A DNA stretch of 64,000 nt from Eutreptiella sp. 'Long Island Sound 2002' (GCA_964036045.1 OZ038378.1:13826001-13890000), one strand, 5' to 3'. Counted from the first letter of the stretch, positions 12,485 through 25,887 are shown. Made by a program: numbers and translations. The notes: a model not told the origin generated them from the sequence alone.

Positions 12485-13499
12485 CTACAACAAGGGGGCG
12501 AAAGCATGTGTTACCACGAATAGAAAAAGAGCAGAAGAAGCTGTAACGTGCACGGTCAACCATTCACCCCGGGTCCACTCAATCTCTGGGGACAGGACGA
12601 CGAGCACGGCGGACTCGAAGAAGTAGTTTACCCTTGTGTTGGCATTTTCAAGGAGCGCCGGGTTTTTTCAACAGTACTTCTCAAGTAGGAGGGTTGAAGT
12701 GGCCTTCGCAATTATGTGCATCACAAGAGGGCAGGATCGCCTTGTGATGGGAGGGCGTAGTGTGGCAATTCATCCCCTAAATTTTCTGAAAATCCAAGAT
12801 TTTTGCACAGTTGTGTTTATTTAGCAGGGTGGGCACTGTGCACACGAGAAAGCACAGCACCAACCATACCTGGTCTAACATACACTCAAAAAAGTGAGCA
12901 GTGTCGACGGAGTATGACTCACTGTGCATTGGGATACTTTGACCGCATACATCGCGGAACGATGTCACCTCGCTCAAACGCGCACTTGAGATAAATCAAT
13001 GTGCTTGGTCACCCAAGGGGCGCCAGCTGGGGGGGGGGGGGGGTCACCCCGCCTAGCCAGCCCGCCAGCCAGCCAGCTACGGCTTGCTGGGGCTAGCCAC
13101 CAGAATTAATAGCATAGGGTCTTGGGCCTGGAACTTTGCCTCTTCCTCTGCTGATGTGGTTGGACGAGGGATTGGTAACATTTCTTCGCCTTGCACTTGC
13201 CGTTGCCATGTTTCTGAGTCACACAAACACCATGCATTGAGATGTCACACCACGACACGTGGCCCTTCGAACACTTTTTCTTTATCATCTGGATCATTTT
13301 TGGTTTGTGGTTGCTTTGCTTTTTTTTGTCTTGTGTTTGCTTCCCGTGCCTTCCATGCTCGTCTTTTCCGTTTAGAGGGGGTTTAGGGGTTTTGAAATTT
13401 TCGATTTGTGCACCTGGGCAAGGGGGGTTAGGGGTTGGGGGGCATTTCTTCAGACCGCTCCAATCTCGGGGGGGGGGGGGGCTGTTTCAGGACCTCCAA

Positions 13500-14760
13500 T
13501 CTGCGTGCATGGGATTGCCTAGTCCTCTATACACACCACACGAGCACAACGACATCCTATAATGACATGCAAGCACAAAGCAACAAACAATCCACGCATG
13601 CTTCTCCATAAAGAAAAATGTGATGAAATAGACAAGTACAAACCAACGGACAACCTGTTTCCTCACTCTACACCGTGGATCGGAATCCTCCCCACCAACC
13701 CACCCCCTCTCCCCAAGGACAATCCTTGCACACACAAAGCACAAGAGGCAGATCCCTGACAAGGGATGCACACAAAAACCTGCCAGAGAGCGTAGCAAAC
13801 ACTGGTTCAGAGTTTTGGTTTTCGCTTTGCACTCATCTTTCATGCGCTTTCTCATGGATGTGGTGCCATGCATGCATGACTCTGAACCCTGTCCAATGAA
13901 AGCCCTGCCCTCCCCGGCCCATTTTCTGACAAAGCAATTCGGGACCAGATCTAACTTCAACAATTATATCAAAGCACTTCTCATCTGTGGCCACCACCAA
14001 CTTTTTGGGCTCCAGGGAATGGAAGCCACGCACCAAGGTTGATTTGCCTATTCAGGTCGTTTCGTGCAAGCACCAAAGATTTGTGTGTGAGGGTGGGGAC
14101 CATGGACTTGATGACCGTGGGGGCGTTGGGGGAGAGCCTATCTACACCCACCTGTCCCACAGTGAGAGGTCAGATAGGGGGTTGGCCACAGATGGGTGAA
14201 AGGCACCGCCCTTTAAAAGCATACCACTTCAGGGGAGGTCACCAGGCGCACCTCACATCATGTAAGACTTGTGTGAAAGACAAGACCGGTTGCAAGAGGG
14301 GCAAACTGTCCAGATTACCCGTCAGCCCAAAAAATACTTGGTCTACAAAATGGGACACCAGAATTACATGGCACAATGAGCCGTTGTTGGATGCTTAACC
14401 CCCCGCCCCCCCCAGTTCCCCCCATGGCAAGCAAGATGTGGCCGGCTTACCAGGTTGGTAACCACCGGAAACAGCCGTCCGGGTAGCCAAAAATTAGTGC
14501 AAGGCATGGAAAGCCCGCAAGCACCATAAGTCCCTCTTTCGTAAAGTCCCTCTCGGTCTAAACACGTGTGTATCATACCAAGACGCATCGACCAGAAAGG
14601 GTATCATGGACTGTGTCATATGACCAACAACCATTAAGGCATGACACAATCTGGGATTTCACGCACAATGGAACGGCCTGTCTAACACCCATGGTTGACC
14701 TTGTCCTAACCCCCCACCCCACCCTACGGAACCGTTACCACGGAACCCTCTTGGGCCAAT
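13500..14760 (+). mobile_element. Highly degenerate LTR-retrotransposon pol-like remnant
   Basis: Broken frames; YHTKTHRPERVSWTV resembles the integrase zinc-finger HxxxGHPGxERT region; many stops. Confidence 0.3.
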
Positions 14761-15968
14761 CTGAACCCCCCCCCCCAAAAGAAAAATTATCCGGAGCCGG
14801 TCAACGAGGACCCGACCTGAAGTCTATAGGGGAGGGGGGGCGGGTTCCAACCCCCCCTCCCCCTTCTCCACCCCTGGATGTTTGCTATTAATCACCTTGC
14901 AGAGGTTGTTAGATGCAAATGGCAAAACACCACCCCACCCACCCCTTTGTGGGCCTATTCACGGACCCTACCGAGGTTGAATTGTTGGTTTAACCCGTGT
15001 AAAATCATTATTTTGTCGAAATAATGCATCCCCAAATGAGGTTTTGGTTGGGACCCCCCTAGACACCCCCCACTTGAAACCCACTTTTTTGAAGGGGTGG
15101 GGGGGATGGGGGGGGTATCAAAAAAAGTTGAAAAAGTATCCCCCCCTTTTTGGGGTCAAAATCACGAAATCTTTTGCTTTTTTTCGGTTTTGAGCAGAAA
15201 AACCGTTTTCGGGTCCGGACTCCAAAGGGCTTACCCATGTCACGACACGTGTTGCGGCACACTTTCCGATGACCCCCCCCCCCCTTCCCCCCCTCCATGT
15301 CATGGTGGCACAGCCGGCACGGGTGACACAGGTGACACAAGCACCACTCATCCTAGTACATGAACTAGTGCGCGGCGGCCCCATGACATGACACAGCCCT
15401 AGCCCCCCCGCCCCCCCTTCCCATGGATGGGTAAGCTCCTTAAATTGCGCAACCATGGAAAAATGCACCTTTCCCGGCGACCCTTGACGGTCCCCAGGGA
15501 CACTTCGGCCGTTGTTGGGTAATTATTTGCTGACAATGGGTGTGCATATAAACCACTGTAGCATGATGGATTGTCGAAGATGAAAACCGTGGAACCGGCG
15601 TGGTTTGAGCGAAGGAAGACCTGATGCCGTGTTGCAACAATAGATGGACAATTGAAAAAAATCCACGAAGCGTTCGAAAAAAAAATTAGTTGGCAAGCTT
15701 GTGTCATAAGAAATTGAACAATCTAGCTAAAACAATCAAACTTATGGTGCATCAAACAACAAACACGGGGGGGGGGGGGGGGTTGCACGGCCTTCCTACA
15801 AAAAATGATTAGGGGCGGGTTGTGTATGGGAGTGAGGCACAGTTCCATCTCTAACGTTCCACAAGGGCTGAGAGAGGGGGCTGAAATCCTATGGATTGTT
15901 CCGTAGCGTTCTGGAACAGGAGCTGGGGCCATTCCGGAACGGAATACAGTCTACTTCTCAAAAGTTAC

Positions 15969-16981
15969 AGTGCTTGTGGTAACCACAAAAACTTTTCCCC
16001 AGAAGTTTCATGGCTCATTGTCTTCCCTTTGTACGGATGTCACAGCACATCACCAAGTGCAAATTTTTTTCAAGAAATTACATTGGTTCTTGGTTTCCTT
16101 TCACCATTTCTGTGTTCGTTTGTTTGAAGCGGGTGCGAGCCATGCCCTCATTCTTGCTCTCCCCTCTGATGTGATTCTTGTCTTTTTTTGGGTTTCACAC
16201 AATCCTTGTCCTTCAACATTTGGCCGGCGTTTCCCTGCTAGGGTGGTTCCATGAAGCCGGTGTGGTACAATGCACGTCCGGTGCCATGTCCATTTGTGGA
16301 GAGGGGGCGGGTGGGCGGGACCCCCCCCTCCGCCTCCGGTCTTCTAACACATCCCTCAAGTTGGGTCCCGGGGGACAAATACGGAGCCGTTCGGGGGGGG
16401 GGGGTTCGCCCAAAACCGTTCCGTGCCAACCGTTCCAAGGGGGGTGGGGGTGGGTATTTAGGACCCGGGATTTCATGCGGAACGGCACGGAACGGTGTAC
16501 CTTGTAGTCTTTGAGCTATGCTCGCTGTCACGCGGCAATGTTGCATTGGTGGGTAGCGGGACAAACGTTTGGCTTGTCGGCCCCGTGTACCCCACAATGC
16601 CCCCATAATCGACCTCAATGACCTTGTTGAAAAAAAAGAGACCACCACCCCTTGGAAAACCTTGTTCAGGGTGCACAAGGTGATGTTATACGACATGGAT
16701 GCAATGGAAACTCTGGGAGAAAAAATTGCATCGTAACCACAATTGTTCATAAACCTTATGTGAAGGAAAAAACACTTCCAAAGTTCACAATACACAGAAT
16801 GTTATGAAACAATTGTTCAACGGCGCACCCGGTAATATGCAAGGTAAAAGAAATCAATAACCAATGCAACGTCCTGAAAAAAAAATTTAACGTGCACTTT
16901 GTGATTTTATATGACATGGGTGCCAATGGAAAGCAAGGAGCACTGAAACTTGTGAAGAACAAAATTGTCACCACAAGCACT
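15969..16981. mobile_element. Foldback element with about 150-bp degenerate inverted arms and GTTCCGGAAC-rich interior
   Basis: 15969-16115 is an imperfect reverse complement of 16840-16981; a third partial copy at 16620-16740. Confidence 0.6.
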
Positions 16982-19781
16982 CCACGATGAGCTGGTTCAG
17001 TGGTTCAGTAAAAACTGTTCCGGAACGGCACCAAAACTTTTCCGGACGGTTCCGGAATAGTGCGCATTGGATTTGAACCCCGCCCCCCCCCCCCTTGTGG
17101 AACGGTTGTTCCGGAACGGTTTTGAGCCAACCCCCCCCCCCCCCGTTTCGTACCTAACCTCCGGTTGTTTTCATACACACAAGGACATATGGCAAGAAAG
17201 TTTCTCTACGCTCTTGGGAAAGATGGAGAACGAAAGACTGCGCTGTTACTACCTAGGTGGGGGACAAGGATGTGTAATTCATTTGGCAAGGCCCACACCT
17301 GAGGTTAACGGAGGTATCCAACTTAAGTCCACGCATACCCATGCACGAGGCCGCAATTGCATTTTGGGCAACTATGACAAGCGTCGAGAGAAGCACAACT
17401 TGTGCGAGAATGCAAATACCAACCTTGAGCCACCGTGTCATTCGCATGACTCGATGCCTCTTTTTGTGCTTTCATGATTGTGGGGGAGGCTGTTTCTTCT
17501 TGAACATGGATTGATTGATGTCCCTCTCAAATAACACCACCAATGTTGGCAAATCCGGTGGACGCCCCTTCCTCATGGTGGTCTCCCATCCACGTGTGCA
17601 TGTGCATGTGCAAGTGTAGCACAAATCCATCATGCAGGACATAGCCTGGATTACAGCCCATATGGTTGGCATGGAGGCTTATCAAAGTGACATACAAACC
17701 AAGCTGATCGTGACAACCACGAAGTATGACTTTGAGCGACAAGGATTGTTTTTTGGCAAATTCTAGCACAAACCTTGGGTTATTTCTGAGCACGTGGGTG
17801 GTGATGCCATGTAAGGTTACCTTGTGCATTATGTCACACCGCCGGTGCCATTGGCGGCAACGCCATGGTAGTATGTCAGCGGACAGCACTTTCTACATTC
17901 ATGGCAGTAACATCACGACTGACAACAGCACAATCGAAAATATCGCGCTGTAAGATGCGACGAGAAATTTATCAAAATATCATAGAAGCTGAAATCTAAC
18001 TTGGCATTTAACTCGAAAAAAGAATCCGCCTTTCGAAGTTTTTTTTTGCCGGTAATCTGAAGCTCGCGACAGGGAGGTCGCATGACTCCCGGGTAGGGAG
18101 GTCGCATGGCTCCCGTGTCATTTTTTCATTTTCATGCGAAAAAAACTACAAGCAAATTTTGTTATTCGGAAGGCATGTCAGTGTTTTCTCAGATGCCGAT
18201 TGAAATTTAATTTCCAAGATGTGCTGTCTCCACCGCGGACTTTTTTCTTTATCCTTACTTTTTGATAAGTTCGGTTGTGGGACCAGGATGTACTGTATTC
18301 TTTATTTTTTAACTGAGCCGGAGCTCAGGGATGTATTTTGGTCTTTCCTCAATTGTTCTTGAAATGAACGTAGGCTAGCATGCATGAGCACAAAGCGCAA
18401 CAAGGAATTCTCAATGTGCGAACCACGGCTAACCATGTGACGGTGCACTCGGACTAGTCTCTGTGTACTTGATAGGAATGTGTGGTGCGTCCACGCGGGT
18501 GGTGGTGGCTTTAAAGCAATCGGCAAGATTGGTGGGCCATTGACGTTCTTGTGGGCAATTGATAACACTAGGGGGACGGATTTCGTCGACTGCTGATCAA
18601 CCGCCGCCCTCTTTCAGCCCGATGTGAATCCGCATTTTTTTTAGCTTCAGTTTCTGTTTGTGTTTTAGAAGATGGATTTAAAATCCGCATTTATTGTCGC
18701 GGTCTGTCGGCTGAAATTAGGTCTGTATTTTGCTTAAATTGTGCAGTATAGTGCAACCAAATGGTGTTAATGTGCTCGAGGAAAGAGCCTGCACCATCCC
18801 GTACCTGTAAGCTTAGGCCAACAGGGTTTTCAAGGGCGGTTTCCGAACTTCCAGACTTCAAATCCCTTGATGCACCAATTCATGCTCACCTGTAACACAA
18901 GACTGCACGGGCATCGTTTTCATCATGTGCTCACTTGCGAAAAATTTCCAAAAGCTGCTGTGCTGAAAGCATGTTGGAAGTTGTTTGTCAATGACGCCCC
19001 GTCGTTGGCTTGCCTACCCTCCTCCCCCCAACCGGAGTGGGTGCATAATAAACCAATGTTGGCCCCCCTCCCCCCACCACCAAAATGGACCCCCCAATTG
19101 CCATTTTTGCCCTAACGAAAACCCCATGCCCACCACCCTAATACCCATGGAAACCTTGAAGATGGGCTTCTCCTTCGCAAATGTTACGTTTGGACCTCAA
19201 TCTTGGTACAACTTTTATGTTGCAGGCCCTCATGGATGGATTTTACTTGCCACCACTCTTGTTGGTTGGGTGTTATCACTTCATAAGTAGGTTGAGCGCA
19301 CATGCACTTAGCTTGGCAATGTCACCCAGTTGTGTTTTGGTTTGCAGTGCTTTCGTCTATCTCTTTCTTTGTTTCAATTCATCCAACGATCTGAATGACA
19401 TTCAAATGCATACACCGTTTGTGCAATAGCCTGTGTTGACACAACACAGGAGGGGGAGGGGGGGGTACTTTTCACCTCTGTGTTGGCCGGCCGTGTTAAC
19501 ATGCCTTTTGCCCTAGATGCAGGCGCGTGTGGAATTTGTCGAGAAAACCAACTTCAGAATTACGGCCTACGTTTGTGTAACTCAGTAGTGCCCGTTGTAT
19601 TTGATTTGCCTTTGAATAGCTCTTTGACTACAGTGATGCTCTGCCATGTGTGGTCAATATGACTTCATTGCATTTCAATCTTTACCACCGATGCTCCTTC
19701 ACTTCATCCCAAGCGGAACACCGTCACTTTTTTGAAGCTTACATGCCTTGCTCAGACGCGATTTTCCTGCTCACATGCTGT

Positions 19782-19784
<3 letters not shown>

Positions 19785-19866
<82 letters not shown>
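19785..19866. repeat. (GT)n microsatellite
   Basis: Directly visible. Confidence 0.98.
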
Positions 19867-19868
<2 letters not shown>

Positions 19869-21348
19869 TTCGTCGCATACATCTCTTTTTTTGGTCTTAC
19901 GACATGCTACACCACTTGTGGTTGAAAATGTTTGTGATGAATTCGAACGTCCAAAAAAATTTATTGCAATGTTGTTGGTGATTGATTTGGCAAGTGCATG
20001 TGTTGCCGACCTATTGAAGGAGGTCTTGTAATGGACCAAGATGGAAGCTAGAGAAATAGCAAAAGACAGTACAAAAGGTTTAGGCACGGGAGCCTCTTTT
20101 GAGATAGGATTAGTCACGGGTGCCCCTTTTGAGGGGGAAGGGGACGGTTGGGAAAGGGGCTTGGGTGAACCCCACCCCCCGCGCATCAATTTTTCCGCAG
20201 CCCTGCCGCCTACCTGAGCAAACCGTTTGCGCCCGTGCCGTCCTCTTCATAAACGTACTCTTCGATAATATGAGGAGGGTTACGCACCGTCTACTCACAA
20301 TGTGCCTATTTGAGCCCTGGGGCAAACTGTGCCGTGAAGGTGGACACATGGTCGGTACAGTGTAGCACCCAAATGTAGCATTCAAGAAAGTTTGTTTCCG
20401 TCCGATGTTTCAGGGGTCACACGAAGAGTTGCCATTTGTTGGCATGTTGTTGTACACCGTGTAGTTTGTGTTGCCGCATGCTCATGTTGCCGAGTGCATG
20501 TGGTTGACATCATTGTAGCTCACGGGGAGGGGCGATGGGGAGGGGGAGGGCATGGACATGCGGACATGTGCCACACCCACAACTTGCACTGTTCATCTTC
20601 ATTGTCGGGTGCCTCGGGCGCCTGCAGACGGGTAAGTCTGGATGTGCGTCCTCCCGGATGCTCGATATGCGCCCCAGGCATCGCTTGTGACAGGCTGAAG
20701 TCATCTCACATCCCTCTCCGTTGGGCGGGCATACCTTCTTCTTCATTGATTTCGATTTGACCTAATGCCCAGCAGGCCCACATGTCGCCTTTTTTTTCAA
20801 TATGCTTTTACTTGCGTGGGCACCCACACTCCACCAGCGGGTGGGGGCAGCCTCAAGGCAGCCCCGGCTTGGGTGGCACTGTCTGTATTCTCAACATTAA
20901 GTGTATGTACCGGCGATTTTGTCTCGGGGGGGCTGAAGCCGCTAGTACACGCGCTGGGTGCAACGTGGGCTACATGTGTGAACGCACATCCGCACACGGC
21001 CGCAGCACAGATTTTCCACACTGGCTGCGCCGCTAACCACTCGCCGTGCCGTGCCGTGTTGGAACGCAAGCTAAATAGCCCCTAGACAAAAGGATCAGGG
21101 ATTGGGAAACGGATTGCATCAAGCCACGTCAGTGCACAGGCAGCCGCATGCGCCTGGACAAGCCAAGTGTAGCCACAAACATCCCGAGTACATACCACAG
21201 TGTGCATAACCGAACTTGCGAGGGCTCGCCGAGATGTTGACGTGGGTGTAAAAAAAAAGGCGTAAGCTGTGGCCACAGTGTGGATACGAAGGGCCGTGAT
21301 ATCTAATGCACCCCGAGGGACCGCGTTGCCATGAATGTTGCGTCATCG

Positions 21349-21359
21349 TTTCTCTCCAG
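21349..21359 (+). promoter_or_regulatory. Pyrimidine tract plus CAG acceptor a few nt upstream of the S1P ATG (5' UTR intron or SL trans-splice acceptor)
   Basis: gtttctctccag|ggccATG. Confidence 0.5.
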
Positions 21360-21363
21360 GGCC

Positions 21364-21502
21364 ATGCGAGGCCTCATAGCCTTCTTGCATTTTGGCACAT
21401 GGCTGTGGTGTGCCCCAACGTCTGTGGCCCAGTCTGTCACCCCAGTGCCCAACGAGTACATTGTCATGTTCTCTCAGTTCTGGCTGCCCCATGAACATGA
21501 AG
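21364..21502 (+). CDS. MBTPS1: S1P exon 1: signal peptide and prodomain start (MRGLIAFLHFGTWLWCAPTSVAQSVTPVPNEYIVMFSQFWLPHEHE)
   Basis: ATG at 21364, hydrophobic leader, EYIVxF prodomain motif, phase-1 GT donor at 21503. Confidence 0.8.
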
Positions 21503-21945
21503 GTGTTGCCTGAAACGCTGTGCGTGTTGCAGGGTCCCAACTGGGGGTATTTCTCTGCTCCGCGCCTCGCCCAAAGTTGTCCTGACCCCCCCCCTTTTCC
21601 ACCTGCGTAAGTGTGGCGAAGCCATGACCTCTGTTTTCGGACCCCTTCCCCCCCAAAATCCAAAATGGGCAAGTTTCAATACCGGCTTTTCGCTCGTGTG
21701 GCAGAACAGCAGGTATTCCAGCTACGGCCACAGTACCCGGCAGTGCTGAAGTGTATGACGAAGTGCTTGAAGACTGACCAAAGAAACCGATGGTTCACAC
21801 GAGGTCATCCCCTTGCTGAAGCCAAAGTCTCCAACATTAATGATCAGCAATCAGACGTTATTACGTTCTTGTTGATCAATGAACACCTGATTTTCCCGAG
21901 CAATCCCCAAAGAGCGCCTTCCGTATGCCTGATTCTGCTGAGATT

Positions 21946-22019
21946 GGAGGTGAGTGTTCCGGCGTATCTGCGGGCCTCGTTGCAACGAGGCGCGCAGATC
22001 CGCCCGAACACTCACCTCC
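21946..22019. repeat. 74-bp near-perfect palindrome (37-bp arms, 3 mismatches, no loop) in S1P intron 1
   Basis: ggaggtgagtgttccggcgtatctgcgggcctcgttg|caacgaggcgcgcagatccgcccgaacactcacctcc. Confidence 0.95.
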
Positions 22020-23733
22020 TGTCTGACATTGTACACACTGTCGGCATGTGATAGACGCAAAGTGACAACATTTGGGAAGGGGCCCCCGTTCCCCCAAAAA
22101 TGGGATGTCATTTATCTGGGCACACGGGCATGTCTCTCGAGCGAGGAAGGCGCATAGGGGCGGTGGGGGGGTTGGCGCATTTTTGTGGGTTTGGCGCACA
22201 GGGGTTTGGCACAAACGAGGCGCACGGACGGGGGTTTGGCGCAGGAGGCGCAAGGGCGGGGGGGGGGTTGGCGCAGACGAGGGGCATGGTGGAGTTGGGT
22301 GTGGCGCGCACAAGGCGCGCGTATCCAGGTGTGCCTCGTGTAACGAGGCGTGCAGTTTCGCGAAACACTCCGGAAGGGTCGTGAATCCTGTCATGATGTC
22401 GCTGATGCTGTCGAGCGCGTAGGCCCACACCCACCTGCAGAAGGCCACGCACAGCAATGTGCAGTCAGGCGTGGTCGCGGTGGGTGGCCGCGGGACGGGC
22501 ATGGCTCACACGGAAAACGGGGGGCAATGATTGCCCTGTGCCCAAGACACGGGAACCACCCACCCCTCTTGGCACACAACCTCGGGGGCGGGGGGAGAAG
22601 CACGCGCACGGAAAGCATTTGATCGCGCCACTCACAACCTGCAGGAAGCACCTTCGTGTGCCACATCAACATCTTCTCCCAGAAGCCGGCCGGTCAATCA
22701 TACTGAATGCAATACTCAAGGATGTCCTGAAGGGGGAGGGGTGCCAAGTGGTTCGGCATATCTCGTCCCCATGCAGCCCGAAGGACAGATTTGCCAAAAC
22801 CTGTGAAATGGGACAAAAATCCAGAATCTCAAAAAATGGCCAAAGTGGCAAGCAGCGTGCATTCGGTTCCCACTGACGGGAGCGCCGCCGGAGGCCTGGG
22901 AGCATATCATGTTCCAGGGGTACGAGTGCTCGCGTCATTGAATGTGATCCGTGGCTTTGGTGGTACGCGACCTGACCACAGCTGTTGTAAGGTGTAATGA
23001 CCCGCCCTAGACCCCAGGACAAGACCTACACATGACAGGCGGACCCAACAACACACACCGCCAAAAAAAGAAGCAACCCATACCCACAGCCACCAACACC
23101 GGCCCCAACACCAACTGAGGAACTCCCCCACCAACAAATGAAGTAAACTCGGAGCCCCCCTCAGCGGCGGAACTGGTGGTTTGGGTTCGGCGGGTCTTCC
23201 AAATCCGTTGGAGGAGCGTGAGTCCGCCGGGGGCACGCGGGCGAACGTTTGGCACGCCCATGCCCAGGGCTTCCCCGAACTTTGCTGTCGGCCGTCGCAA
23301 CGGACATGCACAATCTGTTGTCGAACAGTCGGCACGAAGTGGCGTCCTCATACGCCCGTGGCGGTGGCATGGGCCGTATTGACATGGGTGTCGTGTTTGT
23401 TGCTCAGGCGATGGGAGGTTGGACGGCGTGGGAGGGGCGACGCCAGACTTGGGCACGTGGACTTTGTTGGGCTACCGGCGGTGCAGCGTGAGGCTGGTCT
23501 ACGCTGGTGCACAGACCGCCTCCCGTTCGGAGCGTTCTTCGATTGGGGCTGCCCGTTCACCCGCGTGCACACTCGTCCCTTCCCTCAGGGCCCCAAGAGA
23601 GACGCCCGTGGCATCCTCTCGGCCACTCTCCTTTTGCCGGGTTCGGCACTCCTTCCCCTGCCCCCTCTTTCGCCTCCACCTCAATCGAACGCAAGCAGCG
23701 GCCCCACCGCCGATAACTTCCTGTGCTCTTCAG

Positions 23734-23803
23734 GTCTGATACGAGACGCCGTACGCGAAAGAGAGCCGTGCCAATACTCTTTGAAGGAGCGACCTTCGGC
23801 CAC
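23734..23803 (+). CDS. MBTPS1: S1P exon 2 (GLIRDAVREREPCQYSLKERPSA)
   Basis: ttcag acceptor, gtacgc donor; phase 1 to 2 bridges exons 1 and 3 exactly; length fits the S1P prodomain gap. Confidence 0.65.
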
Positions 23804-25034
23804 GTACGCTGTGCTTTCGCCCTTCAGTTGCACGCGTCAACAGCACGGGCCCAATGGTCTGTGGGACGGACAGTGCCTTGCATCCCCGCGTTTGGGGATA
23901 CGGCACAGCGGATGGGGCGTGTGCCCGCAGCTTCTCGGAGTTGCCTCTGGTTGTGCAGGGCACGGGGACAGCAGCCGCACTTACATTGAGCAGGCTGATC
24001 GGATGCACTCCCTGTGGGCGTAGGAACCTGGCTCGGGGCCGGGGACTTGGGTGGGGGGCTACTTCACGAATCCTCGACCTTCACTTACCCACCTCAACGG
24101 ATCCACTCGCAGCCCCTGCCCTGCACGCCCCCTCGCTCCCAACTCCCACACCCACCACCGACACCCACAATCCCGCCCCAGTACACCCGTGCCGACGCCG
24201 TTTAGTATGCACTGCAGGGGGCAGAAGGTGCCGGGCAATCTGCACCAAACATGGACAATTGGACCTGATGTGACCATCTTCTGGGGTAAATAGACCCACA
24301 GGAACACGCGGAACGCCGTTGGCTCAGTGTGTAGGGGAGGATATGTGTACTGCGGCGTCTGCCGGGCAGGGGCACCAGAACGGAGCTGTGCACGTGGGCA
24401 GTAGCTGAGAGCTATGTGTCAGCAGCAGCGGGAGTGGTGTATGTGTGCAGCAGCACGGGCCTGTGCGCAGTTCACTCCACGGGCCTACATGTAGTCAGTG
24501 ATGGAGACAACCGGTGCACGTATGAAGGATTGGGGTAGAGCTGGAGGGTTTGGGGTGATTCACAGAGGAGATAGCTCTCTTTCCTGGGGACAGACAGACA
24601 GGCAAACAGATAGACAGAGAGACAGACGGACCGACAGACGGGCATGGGTATGGGTGTAGGTATGGGTATGTTTGGCTGCCGCACAGGGCTATGGGGCTGC
24701 ATCGAGGCCACACATGCACCCCATAGCCCACGTCAGCCAGCGGAGCTGCAGCTAAAAGGGCTGACCTTGGCAGCCAGCCCCTTGGGAAAGGGGGGCGGCA
24801 CAAAAGCTGGGGGACGAGCACCCGCCGGCACACAAAGCCTCAGACTGCAGGGAGAATCACCAGCCACTTGGTGAGCGATGGCAGTGCCTGGGCCAGTGCC
24901 GAAAGACAATCCCAGAAAATTCGCGATTGTCCCATGACACTGTCCAGGGTAGACCACTGAGGGAACGGACTGAAGCAGCCACGGAAGGCATCCGCAATGC
25001 GCACACCTGTGGGCACGGGAGGAGCACAGGGGGT

Positions 25035-25114
25035 GTCGAAGCCGAGCGTCAGAGTGGTCACTGCCTTCGACGACGTCGAAGCCGAGCGTCAGAGTGGTCA
25101 CTGCCTTCGACGAC
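25035..25114. repeat. Two perfect 40-bp tandem copies, each with GTCGAAG/CTTCGAC inverted ends
   Basis: gtcgaagccgagcgtcagagtggtcactgccttcgacgac x2. Confidence 0.9.
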
Positions 25115-25181
25115 GTCCGCGTCTTCTGTCCACACGCCATTTGGGCTCAGAGGAAATTCAAACCGTCTCTCATGACCACAG

Positions 25182-25337
25182 GTTTCACGAACAAAAGACT
25201 GACTTCGCGCTCTTGGCCGTTCCGGAGCATTGTGCCGATGCGTTGGTCCGCGCGTTGCGCGGAAGCCCCTCGATCAAGGCCGTGTGGCCTCAACGGCAAC
25301 TTCAACTGCCCCCGCGCCCCGAAATGCAGGAGCCCGG
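25182..25337 (+). CDS. MBTPS1: S1P exon 3: prodomain (FHEQKTDFALLAVPEHCADALVRALRGSPSIKAVWPQRQLQLPPRPEMQEP)
   Basis: Aligns to S1P SDFEVIQI...HPNIKRVTPQRKVF; cacag acceptor and gtatgc donor. Confidence 0.85.
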
Positions 25338-25700
25338 GTATGCCTTGTGCACCCCCCCCGTCCTGTGTGCCTCGTGGGCCAGTGTTGGTGGGTGTGTGTT
25401 CGGGGGCCGGGGGGGGGGGGGTCGCACTGTGTCCTGTCGTGGCGGTGCAGAGTGTTAAATTCCCAGACACGCTGTGAATTGCTTTAACAGCTTGTCTGGG
25501 AATTTAACACAGAGGCTGCAGGGGTCGGTGACCTGGGGCACGCGGGACGGTCGTCTTGGGCGCTTCACGGCCCATGGACATGGGCCGTGTGTGAGAGGAA
25601 CGTGATGTGACGTGACGTGATCAAAAGCGTCGGTGTCAGCACGTGTTATTGCGGGGGGCATCCGCACCAGGCCTTTGCTTAGTGGCTGGTTGATACTATA

Positions 25701-25887
25701 CCCGGGGGGTGGGTGGGTGGGTGGGTGGGTCAGAGGCCAAAAAAAAGTTTGTGTACCTAAAATCGACCTCCAAGTTCGGGCCCCTTTGATAAATTTCATT
25801 TTTTTCCTGAGGAAAAATTTTCTGATGTGGGTGGGTGAGTGGGTCAGCCAAAATCCCGGGGGGCCAATTTGACCCCCCCCCCCCCAG
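25701..25887. mobile_element. TA-flanked MITE about 120 bp upstream of the sulfatase ATG
   Basis: TA|cccgggggg ... cccccccag|TA, imperfect G/C-run termini. Confidence 0.5.

Noticed and set aside
18566-18753. CACTA...TAGTG element
   Set aside because: Only 5-bp terminal match, and flanks (TAA/CAA) do not give a clean TSD
22310-22440. Exon-like - strand stretch WVWAYALDSISDIMTGFTTLPECFAK
   Set aside because: No recognisable family and no partner exons found
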